From Polymyxa betae A26-41 (lineage: Eukaryota; Protista; Endomyxa: Phytomyxea): a stretch of DNA of 64,000 nt. The notes beneath the pieces are model-generated. The model searched no databases. It was not told the origin of the DNA and worked only from the letters and a program-made list of their open reading frames with translations. Both the position numbers and the translations under genes were made by a program. Positions 13,093-25,416 of this stretch are shown one piece after another. The stretch lies in NCBI GenBank assembly GCA_003693705.1, contig RBZT01000404.1:62001-126000 (forward strand). The letters run 5' to 3'. Positions within the stretch are counted from its first letter, which is position 1, and the number at the start of each line of letters is the position of its first letter.

Positions 13093-14779
13093 TTATGGAT
13101 TTTGAGCGGAGGAGGATGCCTTATCGATATCGATGGAGACATCGCCTTTCGACAATACATCCCGCTCTTTCACGTTCTTTTCGAATTCAGCCCATGCTTG
13201 CTTCCCGACCGTTGTCTTCTTGAAGCGCGGCAACATATCTGATACGGTTTCAAACACATTCCATAAGAGAAGACGACTTCCCACCATCGTTCATGAGTTT
13301 CTCGATGGATCTCATAGCAGGCACGTAGATTTTGGTTGGATCGACGATATTCTTTGCACTCCCTTCTTTCAGAAGAGCGATGTCTTTGTGGATCTGGGTG
13401 GAGATTTGATCGGGGAGGTTAACCTACCCAAATGACGCTCAACGAGCAACACGATGACAAAGCGAATTACCTGAAGCATGGAGCCATCAATAACATACTT
13501 ATTGTAGATGGCCAAAGCTGCTTCTTTATGACTCATAATAGAGGCCGTATTGATGGTCTCTGTATCAGATCCAGCTTCACTATCACCTGCTGTGGTTGCG
13601 CCTGCTGGTGTTGAAGTCGATAACGACGACTTCAATAGGAATCGCTTCGAGTTCGACAACGATCTCTTCTTGGTTTTGCCGTCCGATACCAGCGTGTGAA
13701 CATCCTTCCAGAACGACAGGTTCTCGACGTTGAATTCGGTTTTCGCATGCTTGAAGAAAGCGTCGAAGTATTGCGGGTTGAGCAAGAATTGATGAATCAA
13801 GCTCTGATTCTCGGCACTGTTACTGAGAGCTTCATTAGCCATACGAACCTGTCTCGCAATCCCATAATGGAATATGATATGATATCCGAACAAGATAAAC
13901 GAGGTGCTGAATGCATAGCCACCAACGACTGGAACCATCGACAGCAATGATAAATAGATGAGATTCGTGAGGAGGAAAATGACGGAAATCTTCTTCAGAC
14001 TTTGTTTGATCCCGATCGAATCGAACACCATTTTCAGCTTGAACGCCATAATAACGGCCAGAGACCATGAGAAGGCGGTCTTCAACATGCAAATCTCCAC
14101 TCTATTCTGCAGCTGAGTTCTATCAGGAACAAGTACCTCGGGATCAACTTACAAACGTTCACAATTGGGATGGTTGCCATCCCGACATTGACTAGCGGGC
14201 ACCATACCAACCTCGGGATGTAGAGCGATGAATCCACAAGATGCCAACAGGATGAAGGCCAGATTAAAGCCCATGAACAGAACACAGAACTTCCTCGAGA
14301 CGAACAATCGCGCTCGTCGAAGCAGTCGCTCTAGTTCGGCTAGTTTCGTCTGGTCTTGCGTATTGCATTGCTCCTGAGTAAAAGTTCAGCAAGCAGATGG
14401 GCATCGATGACGTGCTGTACCTGGGCGTTGACGATCTCGAATTTGATATAGAGGATGAACGCTTGCAGGATGAACGAATCTGTTAAGATTGAATCGGTGA
14501 CAACAAGTGGCACAGCTGCCATCCACGTGATCATGGTCGGTATCAATTGAGCCATTAACACGAAGATTTGATGGATGAATATTGCTATGCCACAGGTTAA
14601 CATGAGCGGGCTATTCCACATTCTACAAATGCCATTTAAGACAACATCATCGGCTGGCAACAGATCAATACTTACTTGATGGGGTATACATGGAAATATT
14701 TATAGTAGTGATAGAGAGCATAAGGCATGTAAACAATAAGCAGAGCATTAATGATGTATAACCATTCGAGATTAATCAT
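13093..14779 (-). CDS. Multi-pass transmembrane (7TM-like) RGS protein
   Basis: Several hydrophobic helices followed by an RGS box: FFKHAKTEFNVENLSFWKDV...IYNKYVIDGSMLQ|VNLPDQI...IEKLMND|DMLPRF; about 6 exons. Confidence 0.85.
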
Positions 14780-15777
14780 TGCAACTATTAGTCTCTAATG
14801 GATCCCGATTCAAGATCCGAAACAGTGAATACACGAAGGTACCGCTCGTAATGATTCTATCCCGAAAAAAAATCTGATAGATCGAATTCATCCACACGTA
14901 CAATCAGGAATGTTTGACTAATGGCCTTGAAGATATTCGATGGATGATGCTCTTGGCGTACAGATAAATGGCTCATCTATTCGCTATTAGATCATTCTCT
15001 ATCCATCAGATATGTTTGACAATTAGCGGAGATACACGATAAAAATAGATCTTTTGTAGTGGAATCTTTCAAAGCGATGATAAAACGGGCTTTCAATCGA
15101 AGTCAACCGGCTTTTCGGTCACTGAACCGAAAAACATTATTTAATTGGCAAATCATGTACGTAAATATGTAGTTTGTCGATTGTCTATACAAACAAGATC
15201 TGTAAAACTGTTTAAAAAAAAGTCGAGCACCGCTTGGCTGGATGTTTTTTTGTGTTTGACATTTTTATTTGCATTAGTGATTGGTGTTTACCAAATGATA
15301 TCGGCGTATAGAATGTGCCTGATAAGTTTCGGTTATCCATTCTTAGACACCAACTTCCTATCGCTCAGCAATTGCAAAAGCGTCCTATCAGATGCACAAA
15401 TACATCAGCCTGAAGACATCGGATCAGAGATACCACAGAGACACAAAACTGTGTATGGATCGCATGCAGCCAAGATGGAATTTTCTAGAACTGTCCTCGC
15501 CTGGATCTCAAGATCCGTCATGATCCCGAACTGGCTCTATCACCGACATCCCCCAGACAACAAACCACCAGATTACGAACAAAATCAAGCATGACCTTAG
15601 GACCGCCCAAGAAGCAGTTCATAATCGGTCATTTCATTGGATTTGGTTCCGATATGGCTGGTTGAAATCAGCCCCTGGAGCCGTCAGCCCAAGTCCTGTT
15701 GCTGATAGGATGCATGCAACTTGTCGAGAATCGTAGTCGGTCACAGAAAAGCCCAGATCCTGTTTTGATCAGCGGTC

Positions 15778-18700
15778 ATGAATGGACCGGAATCAGCCGC
15801 TCTTTCGCCGCCGCCGTCGCCAGCGTTGGCATTATCGGTGCCTGATTTGCCATCATCAACCGAATTTCGAAAGGAGAAACCCAAAGCTCCAACCAGGGCG
15901 CTTTCCGTCAACAACCGGGCGGAAAACGCTCCGAAACTGTTTCCTTCAAATGTCATCCAAACCTCGAAATACACGCTGCTGACATTTCTGCCAATCAATC
16001 TATTCGAACAGGTAAGCGCCGATCTTCCCATCGCGACAGGTCTAAAATCCCAAATCAGTTCCGTCGCATAGCAAACTTTTACTTTCTGGTGATAATCTGC
16101 ATGAGCATACCGGCTGATCTGGCTCCATACCCCTGGTACACGACAGCCATGCCTTTAGTGTTCATTCTGGCCATTTCTGGTGTCAAGGACGGCTACGAGG
16201 ATTTCCTGCGCCATCGCGAAGACCGCATCGCTAACAGTCGCGTGTTCAAATCAGTCAGTGCCGATGGGACGTTGCAAACCATCAACAGCGGCGGTATCAC
16301 GGTCGGTGACGTGATTCGCGTTGAGGAAGGGCAGGAGTTCCCTGCCGACTTGATCGTTCTGCTGACATCGAAGCACGACAATACGTGCTATGTGAATACA
16401 GCGAATCTGGATGGAGAGGTGACACCGAAGCTGAGAATTGGACCGCAGCTGGGAGATCAATACAGCCCTGAACTGGATCTGGCGCTGCTCAATGGGGCCA
16501 AAGTCGAATCTGGTGATCCATGCAAGCAGCTCGATGGGTTTGAGGGCACCTTGACTCTGTCGAACGGGGCCCAACGGCCGATTGGCGATCGTCAGGTCCT
16601 GCTTCGAGGTGCGAAATTGAGAGGAACGACCTATGTGTACGCTGTGGTGTTTGCCACCGGACCAGAGACCAAGCTCATGCTGAATCGAAACCCGATTCGC
16701 TACAAATTCTCGACGTTCGAGCGTGTCCTGAATCGATGCGTGCTGGCTTCATTGGCAATCGAACTGGCATTGTGCATTATCATGGCCGTTCTGAACCATT
16801 TCCAGCGAGTTGCGACAATATCAGCAGCCGAAATGGCATATTTCGCCGTCGACAACAATCAGGATACATTCGCCGGTGTAAAACTGTTCATCACCAGCTT
16901 CATCCTGTATTCGTTCCTGATTCCGGTTTCACTGTTCGTGACGATCGATTTCGTGAAAATCGGCCAGGCCATGGTCATTGAAATGGACAGTGATATGTCA
17001 ATCCCGGGATCGGATGCCGATCGAGCAGAAGGGGTTCATCGCCTGTACTCGACAGTGAAATCATCGAATTTGAACGACGAATTGGGACAGATCGAGTATT
17101 TGTTCACAGATAAAACCGGGACACTAACCTGCAACCGGATGGAGCTATCGAATGTGTCTGCAGATGGATTCATTTCGCAGAACAAACGTCTCGAGACCAC
17201 AGCACTCGCTAGCGTACAGCCGCCATTGCAAACCGACCAGCATCGGTTATCGGTTGTTGCCCTGGCCGAATCGGGAAAGTCGGCGCAGGTTCTTGAAAAT
17301 CTCGTCCATTGGGCGTTCAAGAACATCATTGAGAACAGATCGGTGGACAGCATGCAGCCTGTCGATGTCGAGCATCATGCACAGAATCCTCAACATAGCA
17401 ACATCTCTCCCGATGTAATCGCGGCCCTGACCGCAGCATCGCTCTCGAAATCGGAAAAGCGAGTGCAGGACATGCTGTTTTGCATGTTGGTCTGCAACGA
17501 TGTTCAACCCGAAAAGAACGGCGATCGCGTCGAATTTGTATCAGCGAGTCCCGATGAGATTGCATTAGTTGAAGCTCTGGCACGTAATGGTCTACGTTTG
17601 ATATCAGCGGGTCCATCACAGCCCTGGATTATACAACTCGATGCCGCTCCAGAACACACATTCACGTTCGGGCGTATCGCCCAGTTAGATTTCTCAAGCG
17701 ATCGCCGGCGAATGTCAGTCGTCGTGCAGGCCCAGGATGGCACGGCCATACTGTTCACAAAAGGAGCCAGTTCAACAATCGAACCATTCCTGAGCACCGA
17801 TTCGGTCAATGAAGCGACTCTGGCTGAAACGCAAAAACATCTGACCCAGTTCGCCAAGCTCGGATCCAGAACGTTGATGATGGCGTCAAAAGTGCTAGAT
17901 TCGAAACAATTGGAAGAATTCGTCACCGCTTATGAGAAAGCCACAGTTCAGCTTCAGGACCGAGAGAGAGCCATCCAAAGGGCGTTCGGAATGATCGAAA
18001 AGAATCTACAGCTGCTTGGAGCGACGTCAGTGGAAGATCAGTTGCAAGAGCACGTCCCGGAAACAATTGAACAATTACTGAAGGCGGGTATCACAATCAT
18101 GATGTTAACTGGAGATATGCAGGAGACAGCCGTTACAATAGGGCGCAAGTCTCGGATCATCAGCAAAGATTCCAAACTGGTTTTCATTCAGGCGGAAACC
18201 CCCAAACAATGTGCATACCTCTTGTAAGATATAATTCGCTTTAGAGGCTGTGGACTAATTTTGCCAAAGAGACAGGTATATCGCTAAAGCTGATGAGAAT
18301 TTACAGAAATCAAGCGACGACGCGAAGAAAGGGAAGTTGGCCATGGTTTTGAATGGAAATTCTCTCGAGATGGCCATTCAGCATCATTCCGATAAATTCC
18401 TTCGTCTATTCGCTCGCTGTGAGACCATCATCTGCAATAGAGCCACGCCTTCCCAGAAAGCGTTTGTTGTAGCGCTGGTGACATCCAGATTCAAAGGCAT
18501 TACGATGGCTATTGGTGACGGTGCTAATGACGTCAGCATGATTCGAAAGGCGCATGTTGGAGTGGGATTGGTTGGACGAGAAGGCCGACAGGCTGCACAA
18601 AGCGCCGATTTCGTTTTGCATCGATTTAGTCATCTCAGGAGACTACTGTTCGTTCACGGTCGATACTCTTATCAAAGATCAGCTCGAGTGTGACTCCACG

Positions 18701-19864
18701 CTTTTGGCATTTCCTCGTTTTGAGATAATTTTGTGATTTCAGTTTTGCTGACGGCTTTGGTCTGGGATCTAATCAGATTTCATTAGGTGGTTCTATTCAG
18801 TTTCTTCAAAAACTTCCTCTACCCATTGCCGCTCTTCTGGTATTCTTGCTTCTCGCAGTTCTCTGGGCAATCGATTTACGATAGTCTGATTATCACCAAC
18901 TTCAACATGTTTTTCTCTTCGCTCCCACCACTCATAGCAGGTGTACTTGAAAAGGACGTGATTGAGAACGCCTTGCTCAAACATCCGGTCGCTTATAAGC
19001 GATTTCGAGAGAATCCCACTTTCACGCTACCCATCTTCTTATCCTGGATGGCTCTTGGAACTTATCAATCTTTGGGTAGGTTTGATTCCAGTCCTGCAAA
19101 TCGGTCTAATTGAATGTGATAGTAATCTATTTCGTTGGGCATGCCTTCTTTTATCCCAGCGAAGGATCTTTATCTTCGAGTGATGGCATCATTTTGGACA
19201 TGTGGACGTTCGGCACCTGGATCGGAAGTGTTGCCATCATCAACGTCAACTTATCATTTTTGATTCGGACCACGAATCTGACGATGGCCACCATCATTTG
19301 CTCTCTTGCTGGAATATTCTTCTATCTCGTATTTTTAGCAGGATATTGCTCTTGGTTCCCAAAAATTGCTCCAAATATGTATGGAATGAATCCGTATATA
19401 TTTGGCACACCAACCGCCTATTTGTACTATTTCATTTCCCTTACACTTTGCCTTGTGCCCATACTCGTCTCCAATCTGTAAGCTTTACCAACACATGTGT
19501 TTTACTTGCTAAGAGCAAGTTGCAGAATCGCTAGAGAATACTACCCAACGTATGGGACAATACTTTCAGATCACTGCACGGATGAAAACCATTCGTCGAA
19601 ACCAGGCGACATCAAGTGCTGCCTGACTGATCATGTTGATGCCGCTACAGATTACAGAGCACAATCTTCATCAGAAGAAGGCGACAAACCCCCAGAAAGG
19701 AAGCTATCACTTCAAAGATCAAGGTCACGAAGTGAAGGTAGCCACTGTTTAATCTGTTACACTATGAAAATGATCTGAAATTCCGCTTAGGGCAACCTCC
19801 ACCTCAGTTACAAGTTAAAATAGATTTCAATCCAGTCGATTCTCCTCCAATACCAATACAATGA
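15778..19864 (+). CDS. P4-type ATPase (phospholipid flippase)
   Basis: NxIxTSKY, PADL, TANLDGE, LLRGAKLR, IPVSLFV, DKTGTLT, SPDEIAL, FSSDRRRMSV, GATSVEDQLQ, GDGANDVSMI, LLFVHGRYSY; multi-exon. Confidence 0.95.
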
Positions 19865-19995
19865 TCTATCAAAGGCAACGCTTCTGTCATCTAAGTATAC
19901 ACAGCAATGTGAAAATATAAATTTATCCAATTCAATTTTAGACGCTTGGGTTTACATTGAGATCAATGTATTAGCAACCACAGATGCATAGACCT

Positions 19996-20404
19996 TTATT
20001 TCTCAGACTTCCACTTGTTCAAGGCTTCTTTCAAAGCAGGCGATAGGTTGGTGCTGTGATCATGAAAAATTTTCTCCAAAGCATCGTTTGGTTGCTGCTT
20101 GGACAATTTTTGAAGAAGCGTCTTAAGCGCTTCTCGATCGTGACGGTTGATATACTACAAGAAATTAGCATTGCTAACACGATGTAAAGTCTCTCAAATG
20201 TAAACCGGCTTCAAGGTCATAGAAATACCACTCATAAGCGTCCAGAAATTGCTCATCAAATGGAAACAGAAATCTCAACCCTACATCTTGTTCAGCTGCA
20301 CTATCTTTCTTTTTTAAGGTGTCGCTGCTCATCGAGCGCTTTGACAAAGTACGCTGAGCATGAAGTCTTGCCGAGCTGATCGCCAGACGACGCGTCGCGA
20401 ACAT
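19996..20404 (-). CDS. Mitochondrial F1Fo-ATPase inhibitor (IF1)-like protein, 2 exons
   Basis: Arg/Ser-rich presequence MFATRRLAISSARL..., then KKKDSAAEQD|YINRHDREALKTLLQKL...LNKWK; intron 20155-20284. Confidence 0.65.
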
Positions 20405-20639
20405 TGTGCAGACTGAGATATGCAAGATGATTGGTAGAAATTGAAATGATAACTGATGGTTCAAACTATGACGGGATCAAACGATTGTAACCTTTGTCTT
20501 TGAGTGGCGCGGAACCCCCCTTTAAGACTTGAGGGCTGCACAAATTCCAATCGTTGTCCTCGATGACAAATTGCAATAGAGGATGAATTTTATATAATAG
20601 TTATGTTTGCGCTTCGATTAAGTTACGTTTGCGCTTCGA

Positions 20640-21680
20640 TTAGTGAACTTCGACGGCGGAAGCAATCTGCATTGGTTTACCGTAAACGGATGCAGTATCG
20701 ATTGTGGATGAAATACTCGCTGTTGTAGAGCGGGCAGGCTGAGGTTGTTGCTTCTCAATAGCGGTTAAATGATCCGAAGACTGTGAATCGGGAGACGGTG
20801 CCGGGCTCTCAACTGTAATTTCCTCTGCGCCTGCTTTGAAAAACTGAGAATCGGGAGACGCCGCCAGGATTTCAACTGTAATTTCCTTTGTGTCTGCTTT
20901 GGAAGACTGTAAATCGGGAGACGTCGCCGGGCTTTCAAGTATAATTTCCTTTGTGTCTGCTTTGGAAGACTGTAAATCGGGAGACGTCGCCGGGCTTTCA
21001 ACTGCAATTTCCTTTGTGTCTGCTTCAATAAACTGTGAATCGTGAAACGTCGCCGGGCTTTCAACTATAATTTCCTTTGTGTCTGCTTTGAAGGGAGGAT
21101 CAGGTACAGGTTCGTCACAATTCATTATCACTGGGTCTTCTTGCAATGCTGTACTCGGCCTTAGGATTTCGGTGAATGGACCCTGGCTTAAAGATTCGTT
21201 CGTCTTTGATACAATTGGGCTAAAAGTTTGAGGGCTTGGGTAGCTCGAAGGACAACGTTGTCGTTTTGACTGCGGGCGAAACGATTTGTGATTGTTGTTG
21301 GTGTCATCTTTGTAAAAAATCGGGCTATTTGGACCTGTCAGGCAGGGAAACGGTCTCTTCGTCCCTCGTCTAACACTTTTTGGTTTGGTTTCGTTATCCA
21401 GTAAAGCCAGAATTTCTTCACTAGCGCAATCTTGATCTAACTGATCGCCATCATCTGCAGCCTGTTCACAATCTTCCTCAGAATATACTTCCTCCGTTGT
21501 ATCCGCTTCCTGACTTTGCTGTATAGCATGATCATAGCTTTCAGCTTTTCCGACATTATACAGAACAGGAACGGCGACGGCAATAGCAGAAACCAGTAAG
21601 ACGAAAGCGACAACTCCAGCACAGCCTGGGGTTAGCCTCAGGCGCCCCAGAATCGGCTTCTTCGAATGATCTTGTTGCAT
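20640..21680 (-). CDS. Intronless single-pass membrane or signal-anchor protein with acidic region and 21-aa repeats (346 aa)
   Basis: Uninterrupted ORF; one N-terminal hydrophobic segment VVAFVLLVSAIAVAVPVLY; five KADTKEIxxESPATSPDxQxS-type repeats. Confidence 0.75.
   Translation of the reverse strand: MQQDHSKKPILGRLRLTPGCAGVVAFVLLVSAIAVAVPVLYNVGKAESYDHAIQQSQEADTTEEVYSEEDCEQAADDGDQLDQDCASEEILALLDNETKPKSVRRGTKRPFPCLTGPNSPIFYKDDTNNNHKSFRPQSKRQRCPSSYPSPQTFSPIVSKTNESLSQGPFTEILRPSTALQEDPVIMNCDEPVPDPPFKADTKEIIVESPATFHDSQFIEADTKEIAVESPATSPDLQSSKADTKEIILESPATSPDLQSSKADTKEITVEILAASPDSQFFKAGAEEITVESPAPSPDSQSSDHLTAIEKQQPQPARSTTASISSTIDTASVYGKPMQIASAVEVH
20775..21089 (-). repeat. Coding tandem repeat, 5 x 63 bp
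   Basis: Repeated ATTTCCTTTGTGTCTGCTTT...GTCGCCGGGCTTTCAA blocks on the + strand, in frame within 20640..21680. Confidence 0.9.
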
Positions 21681-22018
21681 GCTAAGCTATAAAGTTTTCC
21701 CCTTAATCGTCTATGACGCCCGATGTATGTCAATAATCAAACGCAATCACTGTATAGACAACTGTAAGTATGTATGCATGACCATTTGCGGGGTCCTTTA
21801 ACAGTTACAGTCCACAGTGGGACCAACAAGTTGCCGGCGCCCCTCATGCCAGATCCTTCAGCCCAGATCCGTGTAACATAGGATCAGGCATGGCACTTGC
21901 CGTCAACAGCCTCATGGCTGTTCAGTGCAACTCAGTTCCGACCCGATAATGCACTGTTTTAGGCTTTTGAATTTATATAAGCTTGAGAACGCCTTAATTA
22001 AATATAAACATATATATT

Positions 22019-25000
22019 TTATACGAATGCGGGATTGGTTAAAAGATATTCTACAAATATGGTGGCAGGACTTGAAGACAGCAAAGTCATGGTATCTGTT
22101 AATGAGCGCGACTCGTCCTGAGGTGGGTATTGGCAAAATGCCTGGCCGAAGACGGTCGCTGAAATTTATATTAGTAAAGAAAATTTTTAATTACAACGCT
22201 AACCTATATTTTTAGCTTGGGTTTCATCGTGACCTTGCTTAGACAGGATCTCGCGTAAAAATGATATCAAATGTATGATGATATTGTAATGAGAAAGGGG
22301 GATTTCCATTAAAACCTTTATCCAAGTGTCAGAATACTGAAATAAAAATTTGAGAGAATATGAAGTGAACAAAAATCAAGACAGTAAAGAGCTAACCTGT
22401 TTACACAGACCGATGGGATCAGGATGAGACCGGATGGCCTTCAATAGCTGGACAGGTACTATTGGGCGGCACAAAGATGTCAAAATACGAAGTAAGGCCG
22501 CCGATGCAGAAGCCAGAGAAAAGTTTGAGCGCCAAGCCACATTCTCATCAAGATCCTCAATGATAGCATGAACTTCAGAAGAATGACCCTAATTAACAAT
22601 CGGTTGACTGTTGATTAGTTCTTAATGAAAAAAAAAAAAGATTCAGAACTTCAATATCCATTCACACTGTTGAGACCGATGACACATCGAAATTATACTC
22701 AGCCAAACTTACTGGAGTTGTGAACAATTCGGGAAATTCAAAAGCGCCATTTCGAAACAAGAAGTCGACGAGACGCCAGATTTCCTCTGTGACACATTTA
22801 GCATCAATTGACAGTACATAGACAAAAATGCCTAACTTGGAATTGCAAGGACATGGTCGTCACTAGGTTTCGCAGTTCGAATTGGTCCAGGAACACTGAT
22901 GAGATATCTAATACCGATTCAGTGATTTGATAGAAAAAAGTTTACTCCCAGACTCTATAGAAGACGCCAGGCAAGACGGAGCCCAATCAGCAGCAATTGT
23001 TATGAAATAGTCACATCCTATAGTTGCCATCAAAAAGAATGGAAGACAGAGCAATTCTTGGTTAATGAAAGTTTTTGACATAAATTGCACATTAGGAAAG
23101 GTTTACCTTTGAATAATTTTAAGATGAGAATATCGTCCAAAGTTGCTCGACCAGCATTTAAGCTGAAGGCAGTTTCGCGATCATTCACACAAACGCTTAT
23201 CTCTACGTCGACAGCTTCTCCAGGAGGGATGATACCGAACGTTGGATTGACATGGATGAAAGGCTGACAAAGAGCATGAGTACCATCAGATTGTGGACGT
23301 GAAGCGAATTGGAATTGGACGATTGCTGAATTTAAACGGCCAGTCAAAAAACGAATTAGCGCCATTTCTAGATCAAACCTTCGCCATCATTACGGATGGT
23401 CAAAGTTTGGCGGTAGGTCTGCTCAAATTTTACGCCGCTGAATTGGATTGACGACGTCGACAAAGCAATCTGTTGAGTTGTGATGGGTTAACGACCACTG
23501 GAAATTGCCAACGAATGCAAAGTAAGTAGACAAAGCATACAGCTCCCAGAGCAATTAAGAATGCTCGATCAAGATCGAAAACGAAACTTTGAAATACCTT
23601 GGGAATCTGCTGATTTTCAAGCGCATCAAGCTGCCGAACAAGGGCCTGGCATATTTCATTTCGTTTCTCTTTGACAAGAACTTTAACAGCAATCTGGAAC
23701 ATTGACCTAACTTCCTATCAGCAAAGCCTGGGGCTTAGACTGTAAACCAAAGCATACATTACGGGTTTGTGATCAGAGATACACAACGCAGGTACAGATT
23801 CATAGAAAAGTTGGTTGACGGTGCCAGATCGGGCTTTCCAGAGAATTCGATCACACCACGCAGGACTTCTTTTCTTTTTCTCAGGACGCCTACACCACTG
23901 TCAGGCCAATCCCGAGTGACTTGATGGCACTACCTCTCATATTCGTTCGTATTCGGTTGGAATTTATATGTTGGCGGAAAGGTGATATTGCCTTCGTTGT
24001 AATGACTGAATACAGCCTTTTGCTTTCGTTCTTGAATTAGCTGATCATTGCGTAAAAGATAGTCGAAATCTTCAGCTATAATGCGATCGAAAATAACGTC
24101 GGTATCGGGTAGATCTATTCGATAATTAAGATCGCCAATCCAAAAAACGTAGTCATGCTGGTCAAGGCCAAGAGATTCGGCACGAATGCCTGATCGATAA
24201 CAGTGAATACATATTCAGATAGCACCAGAGCCTGAATACCTTTCTCAGTCGGTGGAATGAAACGAAGCTTATCGGATATATCACGAAAGTTGTCATTCCT
24301 TGCTGGATGAGAGTCAGTGTTCGATAATATTTTTCACAGAAAAAGTTAAAGTTTATGAAAACTTCTTGAAAGACACAGAAGCAAACCTTGCACATTATTT
24401 TGATGTGCTGCAAGATGCGAATTCAGGATACAGATTGACGAATCATAAAGATTGAAACGGATGGCAATTGCTCCCTTATTGCCAATACCCAAAACCCCAA
24501 CGCCAGTTGATGCCACGAGAACCTATATTCCAAACTTTTCAGAATTGACGGTTGGTTTCTAGGTATTAAAACGTCTAATTGTGGAATAAACAATATAAAC
24601 GAAATTAGCATCATGACCTTGGTTAATTGTTGTGGATAAATATCCTTTTTGGCGAATATGCAAAGGACAATGCCTACAAGTTGTTTGTAGTTCACAAGAG
24701 CGTATTCATCCGATAAGCACGTTCTTAAAGAAGTGAGATTTGATCAAAAATAAGAGCCTTCGTGCTTACTGGAACTTGTTGATCCAAGGTTCGGCAGTTT
24801 GCGGGTCTCGCATGACATTTGATGCATTCAGATCAACAATCTGTTAAACAGGACTCTGATTAGACTGTAAAACCTTTAAAAGACAAACTGATAAACAAAA
24901 GCGTCAGGAATATATTTTCTCGAAACTCAGCTAAATAATGTACACCTCCTGCATGCCAATTGCATAAATATCAGGAGGGCTTTTCATTGATTCAGGTTTC

Positions 25001-25275
25001 AACCAAGCCTCAAGCCGGCAATCCCCTTTTTTAGCGTTGACGTTCCATGTGCCACAAAATATTCTAATCAAATGTCAACGAGTGAATACCATCTAGGAAG
25101 CAATTACTGTAGCGTCTTCTCGTCGGTAAACTCATTGATTCGTTTTTCTAGCTGCTTTTTGATCCATTCGTCACGCATCAGATAACTGGCAATGCGGCCA
25201 TCTACGATTAAATCAGTTGACACCGACACAGGGTTTCATATTTCGACCTGTTCCATCTTCCAACTCAGCGTTCAT
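22019..25275 (-). CDS. OCRL: Inositol polyphosphate 5-phosphatase OCRL/INPP5B (5-phosphatase + ASH + RhoGAP-like)
   Basis: [99 protein letters not shown]; many short introns. Confidence 0.9.
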
Positions 25276-25416
25276 CAATACCGAAGGATATCAATGAATG
25301 AAGAGGAAATGGCTACGGGAACGAGCAGCAAGCACGGGCTCAATAACGGGACGCAACCCTCTTCAAGGTATCCATAATCTTCCACTAATCACAGAGAGAT
25401 GATATCTGCAACATCG

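Noticed and set aside
15145-15594. 149-aa + strand ORF
   Set aside because: Non-ATG start, no motifs and no convincing splice structure.
21760-21775. ATACTTAC on the minus strand as a U1 snRNA 5' end
   Set aside because: No U1 stem-loops or Sm site follow; it is simply a GTAAGTAT motif.
21785-21965. Identification as TPP riboswitch, SRP RNA, RNase P/MRP or telomerase RNA
   Set aside because: The diagnostic conserved motifs are absent or only partial; kept only as an unclassified structured candidate.
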